Virus record (IMG/VR): IMGVR_UViG_3300045973_000529 | Span: 32,001 to 96,000 of that record | Length of the DNA: 64,000 nt | Direction: 5' to 3' (one strand) | Source: a virus | Part shown: positions 37,293-47,784 of the stretch, piece after piece | Layout: every line of letters starts with the position of its first letter | Numbering within the stretch: the first letter of the stretch is position 1 | The notes under the pieces: model-generated | The model's database searches: none | The model's input: only the letters and a program-made list of their open reading frames with translations | Told to the model about the DNA's origin: nothing | Program-made: the position numbers and the translations under genes

Positions 37293-38705
37293 ATGGCACT
37301 CGACTTCTTCCGCGTAGAACGCGGTATTGAACTGGATGACCTCGTCCAGTACCTCCAAGGCTCTGGCATCCCAGGTGCATCTGGCGACACCGCTGCTGCA
37401 TTCGTTGGTTCGGTCTATACCGACAACGCTGATGGCTCGCTGTACACCAAGTTCGCTGCCGGTACAGGTACCGACAAGTGGCAGAAGATGGCATCGGAAA
37501 CGTACGTCGACAATGCTCTCGGCGCAACCGTTTCTTGGCGTGAACCAGTTGTTGTTCGCAACAACGTCGCGACGACTCTGCCAACCGGCACGGCTACCCA
37601 GCCGATCACGGTTGATGGTGTTTCGGTCACGAATGGCCAACGTGTTCTGTTCGCTGCCATCGTTGGTGGCGCTGGCAAGAACGTCTATGTCTACGACCAA
37701 GCCACTGGCCTCTTCAGCGAAGATCCACTGAACTCGGAATCGGGCGGTGACGCGGTCTACGTTCTGGATGGCACCTCAGCCGGCAAGACGTACATCTACA
37801 ACGGTTCAGACTGGGTCCAATCTGACCAATCGTCCCTTGACGAAGAAGGCTACATCCGTGCCTTCATCGGCAAGGCAACGGCTGGTGCAGTCATGCCAAC
37901 GTACTCGAGCACGAACTTCGTTGCTCAGTCGTCCTCGCTGCAAACCGCTGTCTCGGCTCTCGATGCTGAGTTTGGCCCGAACGTTTCCCTCGGGAACTTC
38001 ATCGATCCAGCCTTCAAGGTCAACGGCAACATCCAAGCCCTCGACACTGAAATCGGTCCGAACGTCACGAATGGTGGCTTCATCACCGCTGGCAACAGCG
38101 TCAACCAGAACGTCCAAGCGATCGACACCCATCTCGGTGTGAACTTCGCTGCTGGCAATTACATCTCCCTGAACCAGACGGTTTCGGGTGCTGTGACTGC
38201 CCTCGACGTGGCCATTGGCCCGAACGTCGTCAATGGCAACTGGATCCTCGCATCGAACAAGGTTCAAGCGAACATCCAAGCTCTTGACAGCCAGATCGGC
38301 GCTGCAGTCACCACTGGTGGCTACATTGTCAACACGAACACGGTCAACCAGAACGTCCAAGCTCTTGACGCTGCGGTCACGCAAGTCACGCAACAGACTT
38401 CTGTCACGAACGTCACCTCGGTCCAGACCATCGACACCGTCGTTGCTGACGCTGCCAAGTGGTTTGTTCGCGTTGAACTCGTGTCTGACACGACCCGCGT
38501 GTACGCTACCGAAGTGTACGCTCTGAGCGACGGTGAACTGAACACCGACTTCACGCGTTACGCAACCCTCAAGCTCGGCACTGCCATCCCAGGCCTCGTG
38601 GTCTCGGTTGACAATGACGGCGCAACCAACGGTCAGCTGCGCCTTCGCGTTGCTGCTACCGGCGCCGTGAACGTCATCGCCCGCCGCGCATCGGTTCTCG
38701 TGTAA
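37293..38705 (+). CDS. Tail fibre-associated protein with ~27-aa repeats
   Basis: SD aggag; repeats of ALDxxIGPNVxxGxxI...NxNVQ. Confidence 0.8.
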   Translation: MALDFFRVERGIELDDLVQYLQGSGIPGASGDTAAAFVGSVYTDNADGSLYTKFAAGTGTDKWQKMASETYVDNALGATVSWREPVVVRNNVATTLPTGTATQPITVDGVSVTNGQRVLFAAIVGGAGKNVYVYDQATGLFSEDPLNSESGGDAVYVLDGTSAGKTYIYNGSDWVQSDQSSLDEEGYIRAFIGKATAGAVMPTYSSTNFVAQSSSLQTAVSALDAEFGPNVSLGNFIDPAFKVNGNIQALDTEIGPNVTNGGFITAGNSVNQNVQAIDTHLGVNFAAGNYISLNQTVSGAVTALDVAIGPNVVNGNWILASNKVQANIQALDSQIGAAVTTGGYIVNTNTVNQNVQALDAAVTQVTQQTSVTNVTSVQTIDTVVADAAKWFVRVELVSDTTRVYATEVYALSDGELNTDFTRYATLKLGTAIPGLVVSVDNDGATNGQLRLRVAATGAVNVIARRASVLV

Positions 38706-38728
38706 TCAACCTCAAGAGTTGAATCCTC

Positions 38729-38758
38729 AAGGGCTCCTTCGGGAGCCCTTTCTGTTTT
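38729..38758 (+). terminator. Intrinsic terminator AAGGGCTCC-TTCG-GGAGCCCTT plus U-rich tail
   Basis: 9-bp stem with a C(UUCG)G loop. Confidence 0.9.
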
Positions 38759-38763
38759 CCGGC

Positions 38764-38771
38764 TTAAATAG
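38764..38771 (+). promoter_or_regulatory. Late promoter TTAAATAG
   Basis: Directly after the terminator. Confidence 0.7.
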
Positions 38772-38796
38772 GTCATCACCCCTATGAGTACAGTCC

Positions 38797-41700
38797 GTGG
38801 CAAACATCGCACTTGCATTCCAGCCAGAAAACGGCATCAATCTTGACGACTTGGCCGGTATCTTTGCAGGTACCGCCGACCCGACAGTTCTTGGTGAAGC
38901 CGCACCAATCGGTTCTCTGTACCTTCGCACGAATGGTATGCTGTTCCAGAAGATTGGGTCAGCTGATACTGCTTGGATGGTCTTCTCGCAAGGCCTCGGC
39001 GAAGCAGTCAAGATTTCGGCGACTGACACGAATGCAGGATACCTGAACGCCAAGTTGCTGGTCACCTCTTCGCTCTCGAAGTCGGTCCAGAACGCGGGTG
39101 CAAATGAGACCCTGACGCTTGATCTGGCGAATGTCGGCACGGCAGGCACTTACACCCAGGTCACAACGAACGCCAAGGGACAAGTTACCGCAGGTACCAA
39201 TCCAACGACGCTCGCTGGCTATGGCATCACGAACGGTCAACCACTCGATGCAACGCTGACAGCACTTGCCGCGTACGCCACTGTTGGCTTCGTAGCAATG
39301 ACTGCGACGGACGTCTTTGCCGGTCGCACAATGACCGGCACCGCGAACCAGATCACCGTTACGAACGGTGCTGGCACTGCTGGCAACCCAACGTTCTCGT
39401 TCCCAACGACCATTCTGTTCCCAGGCACCACTGGTGTTCGTCCGCCATCTGGCACGACTGCTCAGCGAGTTGCCACAGCCCCGTACCTGCGGTACAACAC
39501 CGACACGACTCGGATGGAGTACTTCAATGGCACCGTATGGGTTGAACTCGTTGCTTCGACTGGTGGTACTGTCACCTCGGTCGCCACCTCAGCACCGGCA
39601 CAAGGTCTCACAATCTCTGGCGGTCCTGTCACTACCTCTGGTACGCTGACCTTTGCTCTTGCAAACGATCTGGCTGCCGTTGAAGGACTGGTGACGACTG
39701 GCTTCGCTACTCGAACCGCAACCGACACGTGGGCAACTTGGGCGATGGCCGGCACAACGGATCGCATCACGGTCACGAACGGCGATGGTTCCATTGGCGC
39801 CCCTACCTTCGACATCGCGGCAACGTACGTCGGTCAGACCTCCATCACGACGCTTGGCAACATCAGCACTGGTACTTGGCTCGGCACGACAGTTGACACC
39901 GCACACGGCGGTACAGGTCGTACCTCCATCGGCACGGCAAACACGTTGCTCGGTGTGAACACCACGGCAACTGGGCTTGAGTACAAGAACCTCGTCGCTG
40001 GCGCCGGTATCACCATTGCACCAGCTTCGCAGCAGATCACGATCACCAACACTGGTGTCACCTCAATCACAGGTACTGCGAATCAGGTCATCGCATCTGC
40101 TGCTACTGGTGCTGTGACTCTGTCGCTGCCACAGAGCATTGGAACTGGTTCATCGCCGACATTTGCTCAGGTGACTCTCGCTGCTGATCCAACGACTCCA
40201 ATGTCGGCGGCAACGAAGCAGTATGTCGACGCTCGCTCGAACGGTCTGATTTGGCGTGCCCCAATCTTCGCGAACGGACTGCTGGACGATTCGATCACTG
40301 CTCCTCCATCGACCCCGAACTCGCACGACTCGTACATCGTACCAACTGGCGCGACAGGTGTTTGGACCGGTTTGGCTGGGCATCTCGTTGAGTACACTGG
40401 TGTCTCGTGGGTTGATCTTGGTCTCATTCCAAGTGGCACCCGCATCGGCATTTCACTTGAATCAGGGTCAACACCAACTGGCACCTTTGCTGGCAAGGCG
40501 AATCAGATCGTCACGGTCACTGGCACCTTCCCATACTCCTACGCGTACACCGCGCCATCGGATGGCGATGCAGTGCTGGTGTCCAATCCAGATGCCTATG
40601 ATGCGTACCACCAGTACACGTACGTTGCTGCAACGTCTTCGTGGATTGAGTTCTCCGGTCCTGTCACGATTGACGCTGGCACTGGGCTGGCGTTCGCTGG
40701 CAACACGCTGAACATTGCTGATGTTGGCACCGCGGGCACGTACAACAACGTCACAACGAACGCACAGGGTCAGGTCATCAGCGGTTCCTCCGTGGCGTAT
40801 CTGACTGGAAACCAAAACATCACGCTCAGCGGCGACGTCACTGGCGTCGGTTCAACCTCTATCACGACGGCACTGTCTGCGACTGGCGTCACCGCTGGTA
40901 CATACAAGTCGGTGACCGTTGACGCCAAGGGTCGTGTCAGTGCGGGTACCAATCCGACGACGCTTGCTGGGTACGGCATCAGCGATGCTCAGGGGCTGGA
41001 TGCTTTCCTGACAGCGCTCGCCAACGCAAGTACTGATGGCATCATGATCCGCTCTGGTGACACGGTCCTGACACGCGCCGTCATCGCTGGATCGACGAAG
41101 GTCTCAGTGGCGAACGGCGACGGCATTGCTGGCAATCCATCAGTCGATGTCATCGAAGCAAATCTGACGCTGACCAACATCGGTGGAACCTTGAGCGTTG
41201 CAAAGGGCGGCACCAATCTCACGTCACTTGGAGCTGCGAACCAAATCCTAGGTGTGAATGCTGGTGGTACAGCACTTGAGTACAAGGCAGTCACCGCTGG
41301 CTCAGGCATCACCATCACCCCTGGCGCGAACAGCATCACCATTGCAGCAGTGAACTCAGGCACCGTGACTTCGGTGGCAGCGACTGGTTCGACCGGTCTG
41401 ACAGTCGGTGGATCACCAATCACATCGAGCGGCACACTGACCTTCACACTCGGCACTGAACTCCAAGGTCTGTCGGCCCTGTCAGCCGTTGGTCTCGTGA
41501 CACGCACTGCTGCTGGTACGTACGCTTCTCGTTCCGTGGTCTCGGGCGTTGGCACCATCTCCATCACCAATCCAACAGGTGCTGCTGGAAACGTTGCTCT
41601 CGATCTGACGACAGTTGGCACCGCTGGCACCTATCGCTCAGTCACCACTGACACCTTCGGCCGTGTCACTTCGGGTACCAATCCAACGACGCTCGCTGGG

Positions 41701-44688
41701 TACGGTATCACTGACGCTGCTCCGATCACGACTCCGTTCGTTACCATCGGCGCTGTCGCAGGTATGGCAAACGAGCGGGCCCTGACTGGTTCGGCGAACA
41801 TCACGATCACCGACAACGGTGCGAACTCGACTGTTGCTATTGGTCTTGCTGACAATCCAATTTTGGTTGGTACCGCGAACCTGCGCCTGCCAGTTGGCAC
41901 CACTGCTCAGCGTCCAGGTACAGCGGCAACTGGTGATACCCGCTTCAACACTGATCTTTCGGTTGTTGAGTACTACGATGGCACTTCGTGGATCCGCGTT
42001 GGCAACCAACCGTTCGTCGATTCGAAGATGACACAAGGCTTCATCGACAACACGCAATCAGTTCTCTCCTTCACGGCAGGTACTCGAACCGTCACCATCA
42101 CGCCGACTGGTGCGAACTTCGTGTACTACTTCGCTGGCTCCAAGATCGTCAAGACTGTGGCAGACAGCGTAGTGTTCCCGAACACCAATGGTCTGTGGTT
42201 CATCTACTACGACGCCAACTCGGTTCTCACCGCCTCGGCTTCATTCTATGACCTGAAGACGATGGTGCCGGTGGCGGTCATTTGTTGGGATGCGGCGAAC
42301 AGCAAGTTCGTCACCATCGCTGATGAGCGGCACAATGCTACGATGGACTGGTCGACTCACCTGTACTTGCACGTCACAAATGGCACCAAGTACGCGAATG
42401 GTCTTGGCATCCAGAACTTCACGACTGCGGGCACTGGTGCCGCAAACACGGACGCCCAGATCGGCTTCGCAAACGGTACACTGTACGACGAAGACCTGAA
42501 GATCTCGATCACGCACTCAGCAACTCCGACTGCTGAGTTCGAACAGGTGTTGTCATCGGCTGCAAAGCTCCCGGTGTTGTACCGCGTCGGCACAGGCGCG
42601 TCGAACTGGACTGCTGACACGGCCACAGTGTACCCAGTCAAGCAAGGCACTGCGCGCATCAAGTACAACTTGAACACCGCAGGCACCTGGTCGGCTACCG
42701 ACGCTGGTGAAGGCGAATACGTTGCAATGTGGGTGTTCGGTTCGAATGGCTACTTCGAACCAATGATCGCCTTCATGGGCCAACGGTCAGATGCATCACT
42801 GCAGACGGCCAAGGACAACAACACGATTGACTTGGCTGACTTCGGGAACATCCCATCGCCAGAGACCAAGATCCTGTATCGTTTGATCTTCCAAACATCA
42901 TCTGGCTACGCGAACGCTCCAAAGGCGCGACTGGTTGATGTGGTGGACATGCGCACGGTGACCGTGCTGGTCACCTCGACCGCTGGCGCAAACTCGCACA
43001 GCCTGTTGTCGGGTCTCTCTGCTGATGACCACCCACAGTACGTGCACAACACGACACCTCGCACCATCAGCGCGGTTCACACCTTCAACCCAATCACAGC
43101 CACGGCACCATTTGCGTTGGGTGCGAATGCAACTGGACAGTTGGTCACAGGTCTGAATGCTGACACGGTTGACGGCTTCCATGCAGCATCGTTCCAACCA
43201 GCTGACACTGACTTGACGGCCCTTGCGAACATTGCAAGCACTGGTCTATACGCCGTCACAGGCTCTGGCACTTCGACAACTCGCACGATCTTGGCACCTG
43301 CTGCCGGCATCACGGTGACGAATGGTTCAGGTGTCGCTGGTAATCCAACCCTGGTGCTGGCCAACGACTTGGCTGGTGTCGAAGGTCTTGCTGGTACCGG
43401 TCTCGCAGTCCGTACAGCAACCGACACCTGGACCACTCGCACTCTGGTTGCTGGCTCTGGCATCAGCATCACGAACGCTGATGGTACTGCTGGTAACATC
43501 ACCATTGCCCTTACTGGTGGTGGCACGGGTACTGTCACTTCAGTTGGTCTTGCGCTGCCAAACATCTTCACGGTCTCGAATTCGCCAGTCACAACGACTG
43601 GTACCTTGACAGGAACACTGGCAACTCAGACTGCTGGCACGTTCTTCGTTGGTCCGACCACTGGCTCTGCTGCTCCGACCTTCCGCACTGTCTCCATCGA
43701 CGAAATGTCGGATGTGGTCATCACGACGCCGTCGACCAATCAGGTCATCGCGTACAATGGCACCAGCTGGGTGAACACTGGTGCTGTGGGTTCCAATGCT
43801 GCTGGTCTCGTTGGTGTTGGACAGGCTGGTGCAGCTGCTTGGACGCTAGTCTCTGGCTCCACGTACACTGCTGACTTCGCGCACAATCTCGGCACCACGA
43901 ATGTCGTCATCACGGTCTTCGACAGCAGCACACTTGCAGTCGTTGTTCCGGATCTCGTCACTTGTACGAACACGAACACGGTCCGCATCCGTGTCATTGG
44001 CAACACCCGTACCCTGAAGGTCGTGGTTGTTGCAAACGGACAGTCGATTGTCGCTGGTGGTTCAACTCCTTCGTCGGTCATCACTGCCAAGGACGGTGTC
44101 ACGGTCTCTGCTGCAGCCACGAAGTTGAACTTCACTGGCCAAGCCGTGAACGTCACTGATGCTGGCTCAGGTACCACAAACATCTCGATTGGTGCTCGCT
44201 TCGCGTACGTCGCGAACTCGCTCGACAACCCAAGCAATGCTGACTTCGCGGTCAATGCACTGGCGCCAACGACCACTGACCCAACGTTCAACTCACTGAC
44301 CGTTCGCTCGTTCTCGAATACGGTGGAACAGGGTGTCGGCTTCACCTGCTCGATTCCGCCGAACGCGACACAGGTGACCTTCAAGTTCCGCGGTCGTGCT
44401 GCAACGGCTCCTGGTGCTGCTTCTGTGGTTCAACCACGACTGTACGCTCGTCAGATTCCGAACAACAGCGCCGTTGGTGCTTGGTCGGCTGCGAACGAAC
44501 TGGCGAACATCAGCATCCCAACGAATGCGTTCTTCCAGTACGCAACACAGACGATTGCGTTGTCAACGCTCGGTCTCACTGCTGACCGGTTGTACCAGTT
44601 CGAGTTGACTCGTCGCATCGCTGGTGTCACGGGTACCAATCTTGCTTCAGCCTTCTACCTGGCTGAGATCATTGCTGAGTTCGCCTAA
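38797..44688 (+). CDS. Long tail fibre protein (1963 aa)
   Basis: Repeated GTAGTYxxVTxxxxGxVxxG and NPTTLAGYGI fibre repeats; GTTAQR...R(Y/F)NTD...EY..G motifs. Confidence 0.9.
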   Translation: MANIALAFQPENGINLDDLAGIFAGTADPTVLGEAAPIGSLYLRTNGMLFQKIGSADTAWMVFSQGLGEAVKISATDTNAGYLNAKLLVTSSLSKSVQNAGANETLTLDLANVGTAGTYTQVTTNAKGQVTAGTNPTTLAGYGITNGQPLDATLTALAAYATVGFVAMTATDVFAGRTMTGTANQITVTNGAGTAGNPTFSFPTTILFPGTTGVRPPSGTTAQRVATAPYLRYNTDTTRMEYFNGTVWVELVASTGGTVTSVATSAPAQGLTISGGPVTTSGTLTFALANDLAAVEGLVTTGFATRTATDTWATWAMAGTTDRITVTNGDGSIGAPTFDIAATYVGQTSITTLGNISTGTWLGTTVDTAHGGTGRTSIGTANTLLGVNTTATGLEYKNLVAGAGITIAPASQQITITNTGVTSITGTANQVIASAATGAVTLSLPQSIGTGSSPTFAQVTLAADPTTPMSAATKQYVDARSNGLIWRAPIFANGLLDDSITAPPSTPNSHDSYIVPTGATGVWTGLAGHLVEYTGVSWVDLGLIPSGTRIGISLESGSTPTGTFAGKANQIVTVTGTFPYSYAYTAPSDGDAVLVSNPDAYDAYHQYTYVAATSSWIEFSGPVTIDAGTGLAFAGNTLNIADVGTAGTYNNVTTNAQGQVISGSSVAYLTGNQNITLSGDVTGVGSTSITTALSATGVTAGTYKSVTVDAKGRVSAGTNPTTLAGYGISDAQGLDAFLTALANASTDGIMIRSGDTVLTRAVIAGSTKVSVANGDGIAGNPSVDVIEANLTLTNIGGTLSVAKGGTNLTSLGAANQILGVNAGGTALEYKAVTAGSGITITPGANSITIAAVNSGTVTSVAATGSTGLTVGGSPITSSGTLTFTLGTELQGLSALSAVGLVTRTAAGTYASRSVVSGVGTISITNPTGAAGNVALDLTTVGTAGTYRSVTTDTFGRVTSGTNPTTLAGYGITDAAPITTPFVTIGAVAGMANERALTGSANITITDNGANSTVAIGLADNPILVGTANLRLPVGTTAQRPGTAATGDTRFNTDLSVVEYYDGTSWIRVGNQPFVDSKMTQGFIDNTQSVLSFTAGTRTVTITPTGANFVYYFAGSKIVKTVADSVVFPNTNGLWFIYYDANSVLTASASFYDLKTMVPVAVICWDAANSKFVTIADERHNATMDWSTHLYLHVTNGTKYANGLGIQNFTTAGTGAANTDAQIGFANGTLYDEDLKISITHSATPTAEFEQVLSSAAKLPVLYRVGTGASNWTADTATVYPVKQGTARIKYNLNTAGTWSATDAGEGEYVAMWVFGSNGYFEPMIAFMGQRSDASLQTAKDNNTIDLADFGNIPSPETKILYRLIFQTSSGYANAPKARLVDVVDMRTVTVLVTSTAGANSHSLLSGLSADDHPQYVHNTTPRTISAVHTFNPITATAPFALGANATGQLVTGLNADTVDGFHAASFQPADTDLTALANIASTGLYAVTGSGTSTTRTILAPAAGITVTNGSGVAGNPTLVLANDLAGVEGLAGTGLAVRTATDTWTTRTLVAGSGISITNADGTAGNITIALTGGGTGTVTSVGLALPNIFTVSNSPVTTTGTLTGTLATQTAGTFFVGPTTGSAAPTFRTVSIDEMSDVVITTPSTNQVIAYNGTSWVNTGAVGSNAAGLVGVGQAGAAAWTLVSGSTYTADFAHNLGTTNVVITVFDSSTLAVVVPDLVTCTNTNTVRIRVIGNTRTLKVVVVANGQSIVAGGSTPSSVITAKDGVTVSAAATKLNFTGQAVNVTDAGSGTTNISIGARFAYVANSLDNPSNADFAVNALAPTTTDPTFNSLTVRSFSNTVEQGVGFTCSIPPNATQVTFKFRGRAATAPGAASVVQPRLYARQIPNNSAVGAWSAANELANISIPTNAFFQYATQTIALSTLGLTADRLYQFELTRRIAGVTGTNLASAFYLAEIIAEFA

Positions 44689-45407
44689 TGCCGATCCAAC
44701 TGAACGCCTCTGACATTCATCTTCGCTCCAGCCAAGCGATGGGGCTGCGTACCAGTGATGCACTCAGCATCTCGGTGTGGATCAATGCCACTTGGACTGG
44801 TGGTGCTCGTATCTCATTGATCGGCATCTACGGTCCAGCTACCGACGTGCCGCTCGGAGCTCCAATCACTGCCGTGCAGATTGGCAGCACAGCCGGTGGT
44901 GGCGAACTGTCCTGCTGGACTTGGGGTGGTGGAACGCTTACCACTACTGTAGCGGGCTCGATGACGGCGTTCAATGGTCAGTGGGTGCACCTAGTGTACA
45001 CCCACAACGGTGGTACTCACACGCTCTATCGAAATGGTGTTCAGGTTTCCACATCAACGACAGCGCAGATCACTGGCTTCTTGAACCAGGTATACGTGAA
45101 CGGTTTTCCGGGTGGCGGTACCAGCGAAGTTGCCTCGTTCCAAGCTGACGCGTATACTCTCTATCGTAGAGCATTGACCGCCGATGAAGTGCTTACGATC
45201 TACAACGCGCAGGGTGACCGTCACGGGATCGTTACCTCGCTGATCTGCCACTACGACTTTGACGAACTTGGTCAAGGTGCTACCTGCACCAGTGTCAATG
45301 ATACTTCAGGGACAGGGCTCAATCTGACAGTTACTGGAGTGGGGACAGCGATCACCCATACATACACTGCCGCCCTCGCAAACTCCAACCTTAGGCCAGT
45401 CCAATGA
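44688..45407 (+). CDS. LamG / concanavalin A-like jelly-roll virion protein
   Basis: SISVWI, WVHLVYTH, LYRNG, YRRALTADEV..IY. Confidence 0.85.
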   Translation: MPIQLNASDIHLRSSQAMGLRTSDALSISVWINATWTGGARISLIGIYGPATDVPLGAPITAVQIGSTAGGGELSCWTWGGGTLTTTVAGSMTAFNGQWVHLVYTHNGGTHTLYRNGVQVSTSTTAQITGFLNQVYVNGFPGGGTSEVASFQADAYTLYRRALTADEVLTIYNAQGDRHGIVTSLICHYDFDELGQGATCTSVNDTSGTGLNLTVTGVGTAITHTYTAALANSNLRPVQ

Positions 45408-46264
45408 GCAATGAAGTCCTCGGTTCTTCAACCTTCCTTGTCACCCCAACGGTGAACGGCGCTGATGTGCTGCTGAACGCTGGCGGTGTCCCTGCTATTC
45501 TGTCCGACACTACTGCGAACCGGCCCGCTGCCGGCAGTACCGGTCGACTGTTCCTTGACACTACGCTGAATGCGTTCTATCGGGACAACGGAGCTAGCTG
45601 GGACGCAATCGTCGCAGCAGCCTCGGTAAGCGGCACCACCAACCAAATCAACGTCGCGGGTGGCGTAGTATCGATTGCTGACAATGCTGTGCTACCGGGC
45701 ACCGGAGCCTTCCGTCCACCAGTTGGAACAACAGCTCAACGACCTGGTGCACCGACTGCTGGTGACACTCGGTGGAACACTACAACGGCTGAATCTGAAG
45801 AGTTCAACGGCACGTTCTGGAAGCCAAAGGGCGTCGTGCTCCAAATGGTCTCAGGTTCCATCGCGGCTTCTACTGGCACGTCACAGACACCGCTCGACAA
45901 CACCGTACCAACGAGCACTGAAGGCACGCAGATCTGGACGCAATCATTCACACCGTTGTCGACGACATCGAAGATTATGATCATGTTCAACCTTGTGCAC
46001 TCGAACTCGAGCAACGCGAACACGAACATCTTGGCCGTGTTTGCTGGCACTACGAACATCGGAGCATCCATTGGTCGTGTCAGCGCCAACAACGGCGCTG
46101 GTTCCATGGGGCTCTGTATCACATACACACCAGGTTCGACTGCTGCCATCACCTTCTCGGGACGGCTTGGAAGCACTGGCGGTACCTGGTATGTGAACCA
46201 AACATCAGCCGCAACCCTCGGTGGCTCATTGGCTACCGAGTACACCATCACCGAGTACGCATAA
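45404..46264 (+). CDS. Tail fibre-like protein
   Basis: GTTAQRPGAPTAGDTRWNT motif; C-terminal beta domain. Confidence 0.8.
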   Translation: MSNEVLGSSTFLVTPTVNGADVLLNAGGVPAILSDTTANRPAAGSTGRLFLDTTLNAFYRDNGASWDAIVAAASVSGTTNQINVAGGVVSIADNAVLPGTGAFRPPVGTTAQRPGAPTAGDTRWNTTTAESEEFNGTFWKPKGVVLQMVSGSIAASTGTSQTPLDNTVPTSTEGTQIWTQSFTPLSTTSKIMIMFNLVHSNSSNANTNILAVFAGTTNIGASIGRVSANNGAGSMGLCITYTPGSTAAITFSGRLGSTGGTWYVNQTSAATLGGSLATEYTITEYA

Positions 46265-46779
46265 TGGCCATCATCCGTCCTACCTACATTGACGTCATCT
46301 CAACAATGACACCAAGGATCGACGTCACCGCGATGGGTGACGGATCCGACTATGACTCACTTGTGGCGCATGGTGGTACCTTGCCGTCGAAGGACACTCT
46401 TGATGCGCTACTCATCGCCGCCACAAAAGAGAAGGCGTGGCTGGCCATCAAGGAGAAGCGCGACTTCTTGAAAGGAAATGGCACCAAGGTCGGGAACTAT
46501 TGGTTTCACGCCGATGATGCTTCTCGCATTCAACAACTTGGCCTTGTGATGTTTGGCGCCAATCTTCCAGCCGGCATCATGTGGAAGACTATGTCGGGTG
46601 CTTTTGTCCCGATGACACAACAACTGGCCATGCAGATCTTCATTGCACAGGCGACGCATGACACAATGCTCTTCACGATTGCTGAACAGAAACGACAAGC
46701 AATGATGGTCAGTGCTGACCCGGCGCAGTACGATCAGGATTCTGGTTGGCCGGAAACTTATCAAGGAGCAGCAACATGA
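46264..46779 (+). CDS. Tail fibre assembly-like protein (DUF4376-like)
   Basis: IKEKRD...WFHADDASR...WKT.SG.FV.MT...GWP. Confidence 0.75.
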   Translation: MAIIRPTYIDVISTMTPRIDVTAMGDGSDYDSLVAHGGTLPSKDTLDALLIAATKEKAWLAIKEKRDFLKGNGTKVGNYWFHADDASRIQQLGLVMFGANLPAGIMWKTMSGAFVPMTQQLAMQIFIAQATHDTMLFTIAEQKRQAMMVSADPAQYDQDSGWPETYQGAAT

Positions 46780-47393
46780 ACGTTTTTCAACGCATTGAGC
46801 GTGGGATCGCACTGGGGATCGGCAAGATCCACTGGAAGGGTACCAATGAACTCGATCAAGAGCAGGTCAGTCACATCAAGGGTCTCCTTGAGAAGGACTA
46901 CTACATCCTTCTGTCACATCGAAACAACCATCTGAGCACGTTCTTCATTGGACTGCTCTCGTTCTGCCTCACAGGTAAGTGGGCATACTGGTGCCACGCG
47001 TTGATGAACGTTGAAGATGAGGTCAAGACGGATGATGACTACCGCTTCATCGAGGCAGTTGGTACCGGTGTCCGGTATGCTGGGGTCAGTGAAGTCCTGG
47101 ATGTGCACGGCATCGTGCTCTTGAAGCCGAAGAACATGTCACTCGAAGAGTGGACGGCGGCCCTGGACAGGGCAAAGACGGAACTCGGCAAGCCTTATGA
47201 CACGTTGTTCGACCTGAGCAATGATCAGTCGTTGTCATGCGTCGAGCTTGTTCGTGTTGCACTTCAAGGCAGCCCGAACTACGCGGCGGACTTTGCGAAC
47301 TTCGAAGCCATGATCAAGGCAAAGAAGAACCTGACGCCTTCAATGTTCTACGACTGCCCGGACTTCGAGGTGGTGTACGAAGTTCGTCGGTAA
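46776..47393 (+). CDS. Permuted NlpC/P60 (YiiX/YebB-like) papain-fold enzyme
   Basis: His before Cys: HA...FIEAVGTGVR...GKPYD..F......SCVELV. Confidence 0.8.
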   Translation: MNVFQRIERGIALGIGKIHWKGTNELDQEQVSHIKGLLEKDYYILLSHRNNHLSTFFIGLLSFCLTGKWAYWCHALMNVEDEVKTDDDYRFIEAVGTGVRYAGVSEVLDVHGIVLLKPKNMSLEEWTAALDRAKTELGKPYDTLFDLSNDQSLSCVELVRVALQGSPNYAADFANFEAMIKAKKNLTPSMFYDCPDFEVVYEVRR

Positions 47394-47397
47394 ATAG
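47390..47397 (+). promoter_or_regulatory. Late promoter GTAAATAG overlapping the upstream TAA; ATG 3 nt later
   Basis: Recurrent motif. Confidence 0.6.
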
Positions 47398-47400
47398 AGC

Positions 47401-47784
47401 ATGTCCATCAACGCCTGCTCCATCAACGGTTTCACCATTGACGCCAGGCGTTGCCGTGACAAGTTCCACGACCTGATTCCGATTCTGCACCCACCAACCA
47501 CCACACCGACATCGAACGGTGGTTGGACGCAGAAGCGGCCGCCTGAGCATTATCGTGGCATCAACCCGCCACGCTGGGATGACAAGCAGGTTCCGACCCC
47601 GACCGAGCTGGATCGCGTTACCGTCACTGTCGAGATCTTCGGCATGAAGGGCTCTGATGAACAGCAGATCGTACCGCGTCTGGATCTGGTCACCGTCACC
47701 GACATCCACATTGAGAACGGTGATGTTGACGTCCACATCGACAACTTCCAAGTGACCATTCATGCTGACACTGACAAGCACTAA
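47401..47784 (+). CDS. Hypothetical late protein
   Basis: Track ORF. Confidence 0.7.
   Translation: MSINACSINGFTIDARRCRDKFHDLIPILHPPTTTPTSNGGWTQKRPPEHYRGINPPRWDDKQVPTPTELDRVTVTVEIFGMKGSDEQQIVPRLDLVTVTDIHIENGDVDVHIDNFQVTIHADTDKH

Noticed and set aside
38797-46264. Diversity-generating retroelement suggested by Mtd-like GTTAQRP motifs in fibre genes
   Set aside because: No reverse transcriptase, and no TR/VR pair differing at adenines was seen in the window.
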